64,000 nucleotides of DNA from Heptranchias perlo. Lineage: Eukaryota. Location of the stretch: NCBI RefSeq assembly GCF_035084215.1, contig NC_090333.1:78678001-78742000 (forward strand), written 5' to 3'. The translations under genes were made by a program, and so were the position numbers. The notes beneath the pieces are model-generated. The model was not told where the DNA came from. It worked only from the letters and a program-made list of their open reading frames with translations, and did not search any database. Of this stretch, positions 62,278 through 64,000 are shown one piece after another; position 1 is the stretch's first letter; each line of letters starts with the position of its first letter.

Positions 62278-64000
62278 CTACAGCACAGAAATAGGCCATT
62301 CGGCCCAACTGGTTTATGCCGGCGTTTATGCTGCACATGAGCCCCTTCCCTCCCTACGTCATCTAACCCTATCAGCATACCCTTCTATTCCTTTCTCCCT
62401 CGTGCTTATCTAGCTTCCCTTCAAATGCACCTTAACTACTCCTTATGGTAGCAAGTTTCAATTTTTACCACTCTCTGGGTAAAGAATTTTCTCCTGAATT
62501 CCCTATTAGATTTATTAGCGACCATCTTATATTTATGACCTCTAGTTTTGGACTCCCCCACAAGTGGCAACACGTTCTCTATGTCTACCCAATCCATCTC
62601 CTTTTTATAATATGGAGACCGGAACTGTGCACAGTGCTCCAAGTGTGGTCTAACCAAGGTTCTCTACAAGTTTAGCATAACTTCTTTGCTTTTCAATTCT
62701 ATCCCTCTAGAGTTGAACCCTAGTGCTTGGTTTGACTTTTTTATGGCCTTATTAATCTGCGTCGTTACTTTTAGATTTGTGTATCTGTACCCCGAGATCC
62801 CTTTGCTCCTCTACTCCATTTAGACTCTTACTATCCAAGCAGTATGTGGCCTCCTTATTTTTCCTACCAAAATGAACCCCTTACAATTATCAATATTGAA
62901 ATTCATTTGCCAATTACACAGCCATTCTGCAAGTTTACTAATGTCTTCTTGCGTTTTGATGTATTCTTTGTATTAACTACCCCCCAATTTGGTATCCGCA
63001 AATTTTGAAATTGTACTTCCGATTCCTGAATCCAAATTGTTAATGCAAATTGTGACCAACAGTGGTCCCAGCACCGATCCCTGTGGAACACCACTTCCCA
63101 GCTTTTGTCAGTCCGAATAGCTACCCTTAACCCCTACTCTCTGTTTTCTGTTTTGTAGACAGTACGGTATCCATTCTGTTACCTGTCTCATGACTCCACA
63201 TGCTCTGACCTTAATCATGAGTCTACAATGCGGTACCTTATCGAAGACCTTTTGAAAATCCAAATATATTACATCTACTGCATTACCCTTGTCTACTCTT
63301 TCTGTTACTTCAAAGAATTCAATAAGTTGGTCAAGCTTGATTTTCCCTTCTGAAGTCCATGCTGACTAGCCTTTATTATATTTTCATTTTCTAGATATTT
63401 TTCTATTACATCTTTGAGTAAAGATTCCATTATCTTTCCTAGCACCGAAGATAAGCTAACTGGTCTATAGTTCCCCGGACTTGTTCTATTTCCCTTTTTA
63501 AATATAGCAATAACATTAGCTGTCCACCAGTCCCCTGGCAGTATTCCCTTTTCTAATGAATTTTTCTATATATGTAATTATGCCTCTGCTATCTCTTCCC
63601 TAACTTTTAATATGCGCGGATGCAATCCATCCAGACCAGAGGTTTTATCCTCTCTAAGTATGATTAGTTTATCAATTATCTCCCCCCTTTCTATCTTAAA
63701 TATATACCTTTTTTGAGCTCTTTTTCTAATGTCATGCCCACCGTGTTAGTCTCCCTGGTAAATACTGAGGCAAATTAACTATTCAATATTTCTGCCATTT
63801 CGCTGTCATTACCTGTGAGTTTATCTTGTGCATCCCTTAGTGGCCATAACCCTATCGTGATTTTTCTTTTATTATTTATGTGTCTGTAGAATACTTTACT
63901 ATTTCTTTTTATAGTCCTTGATAATTTAATTTCGTAGTTCTTCTTTGCTTTCCTAATTGTTTTTTTTTACTTTTTTCCTAACCTCTTTGTATTCCCTTTT
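62278..64000 (-). mobile_element. Older CR1 LINE running off the window end, with internal deletion
   Basis: Tail aggccattcggcccaac; reverse motifs [21 protein letters not shown] (63065-63095), YLDFQK (63250-63270), NYRPVSL (63455-63475) and DGLHPR (about 63615-63632). Confidence 0.93.

Overview
Eukaryotic, repeat-rich vertebrate DNA, most likely a cartilaginous fish (shark). This is inferred from the repeat complement: CR1 LINEs with (TTCTTATG/CTATGATT)-type tails, Deu-domain tRNA-SINEs, L2 remnants and Penelope-derived hairpins. There is no long host ORF; every convincing ORF in the track is a broken LINE reverse transcriptase or endonuclease fragment. The first ~40 kb looks like the intronic 3' end of an unidentified + strand gene. 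It carries several short candidate exons (3222, 3393, 7904, 16598, 17590) and a terminal exon at 38507-39811 with a canonical poly(A) site; one reading frame of that exon ends in a CaaX box (CALL*). The most unusual signals are: (1) an inverted, circularly permuted ~420-bp copy of nearby DNA joined through microhomology, resembling a re-integrated DNA circle, within a cluster of other templated insertions at 10-15 kb; (2) a young Penelope-derived ~180-bp hairpin element with a 12-bp target-site duplication and an intact minimal hammerhead ribozyme core; (3) a minisatellite arising inside a palindromic MITE. Repeat boundaries and family names were assigned by eye and are approximate.
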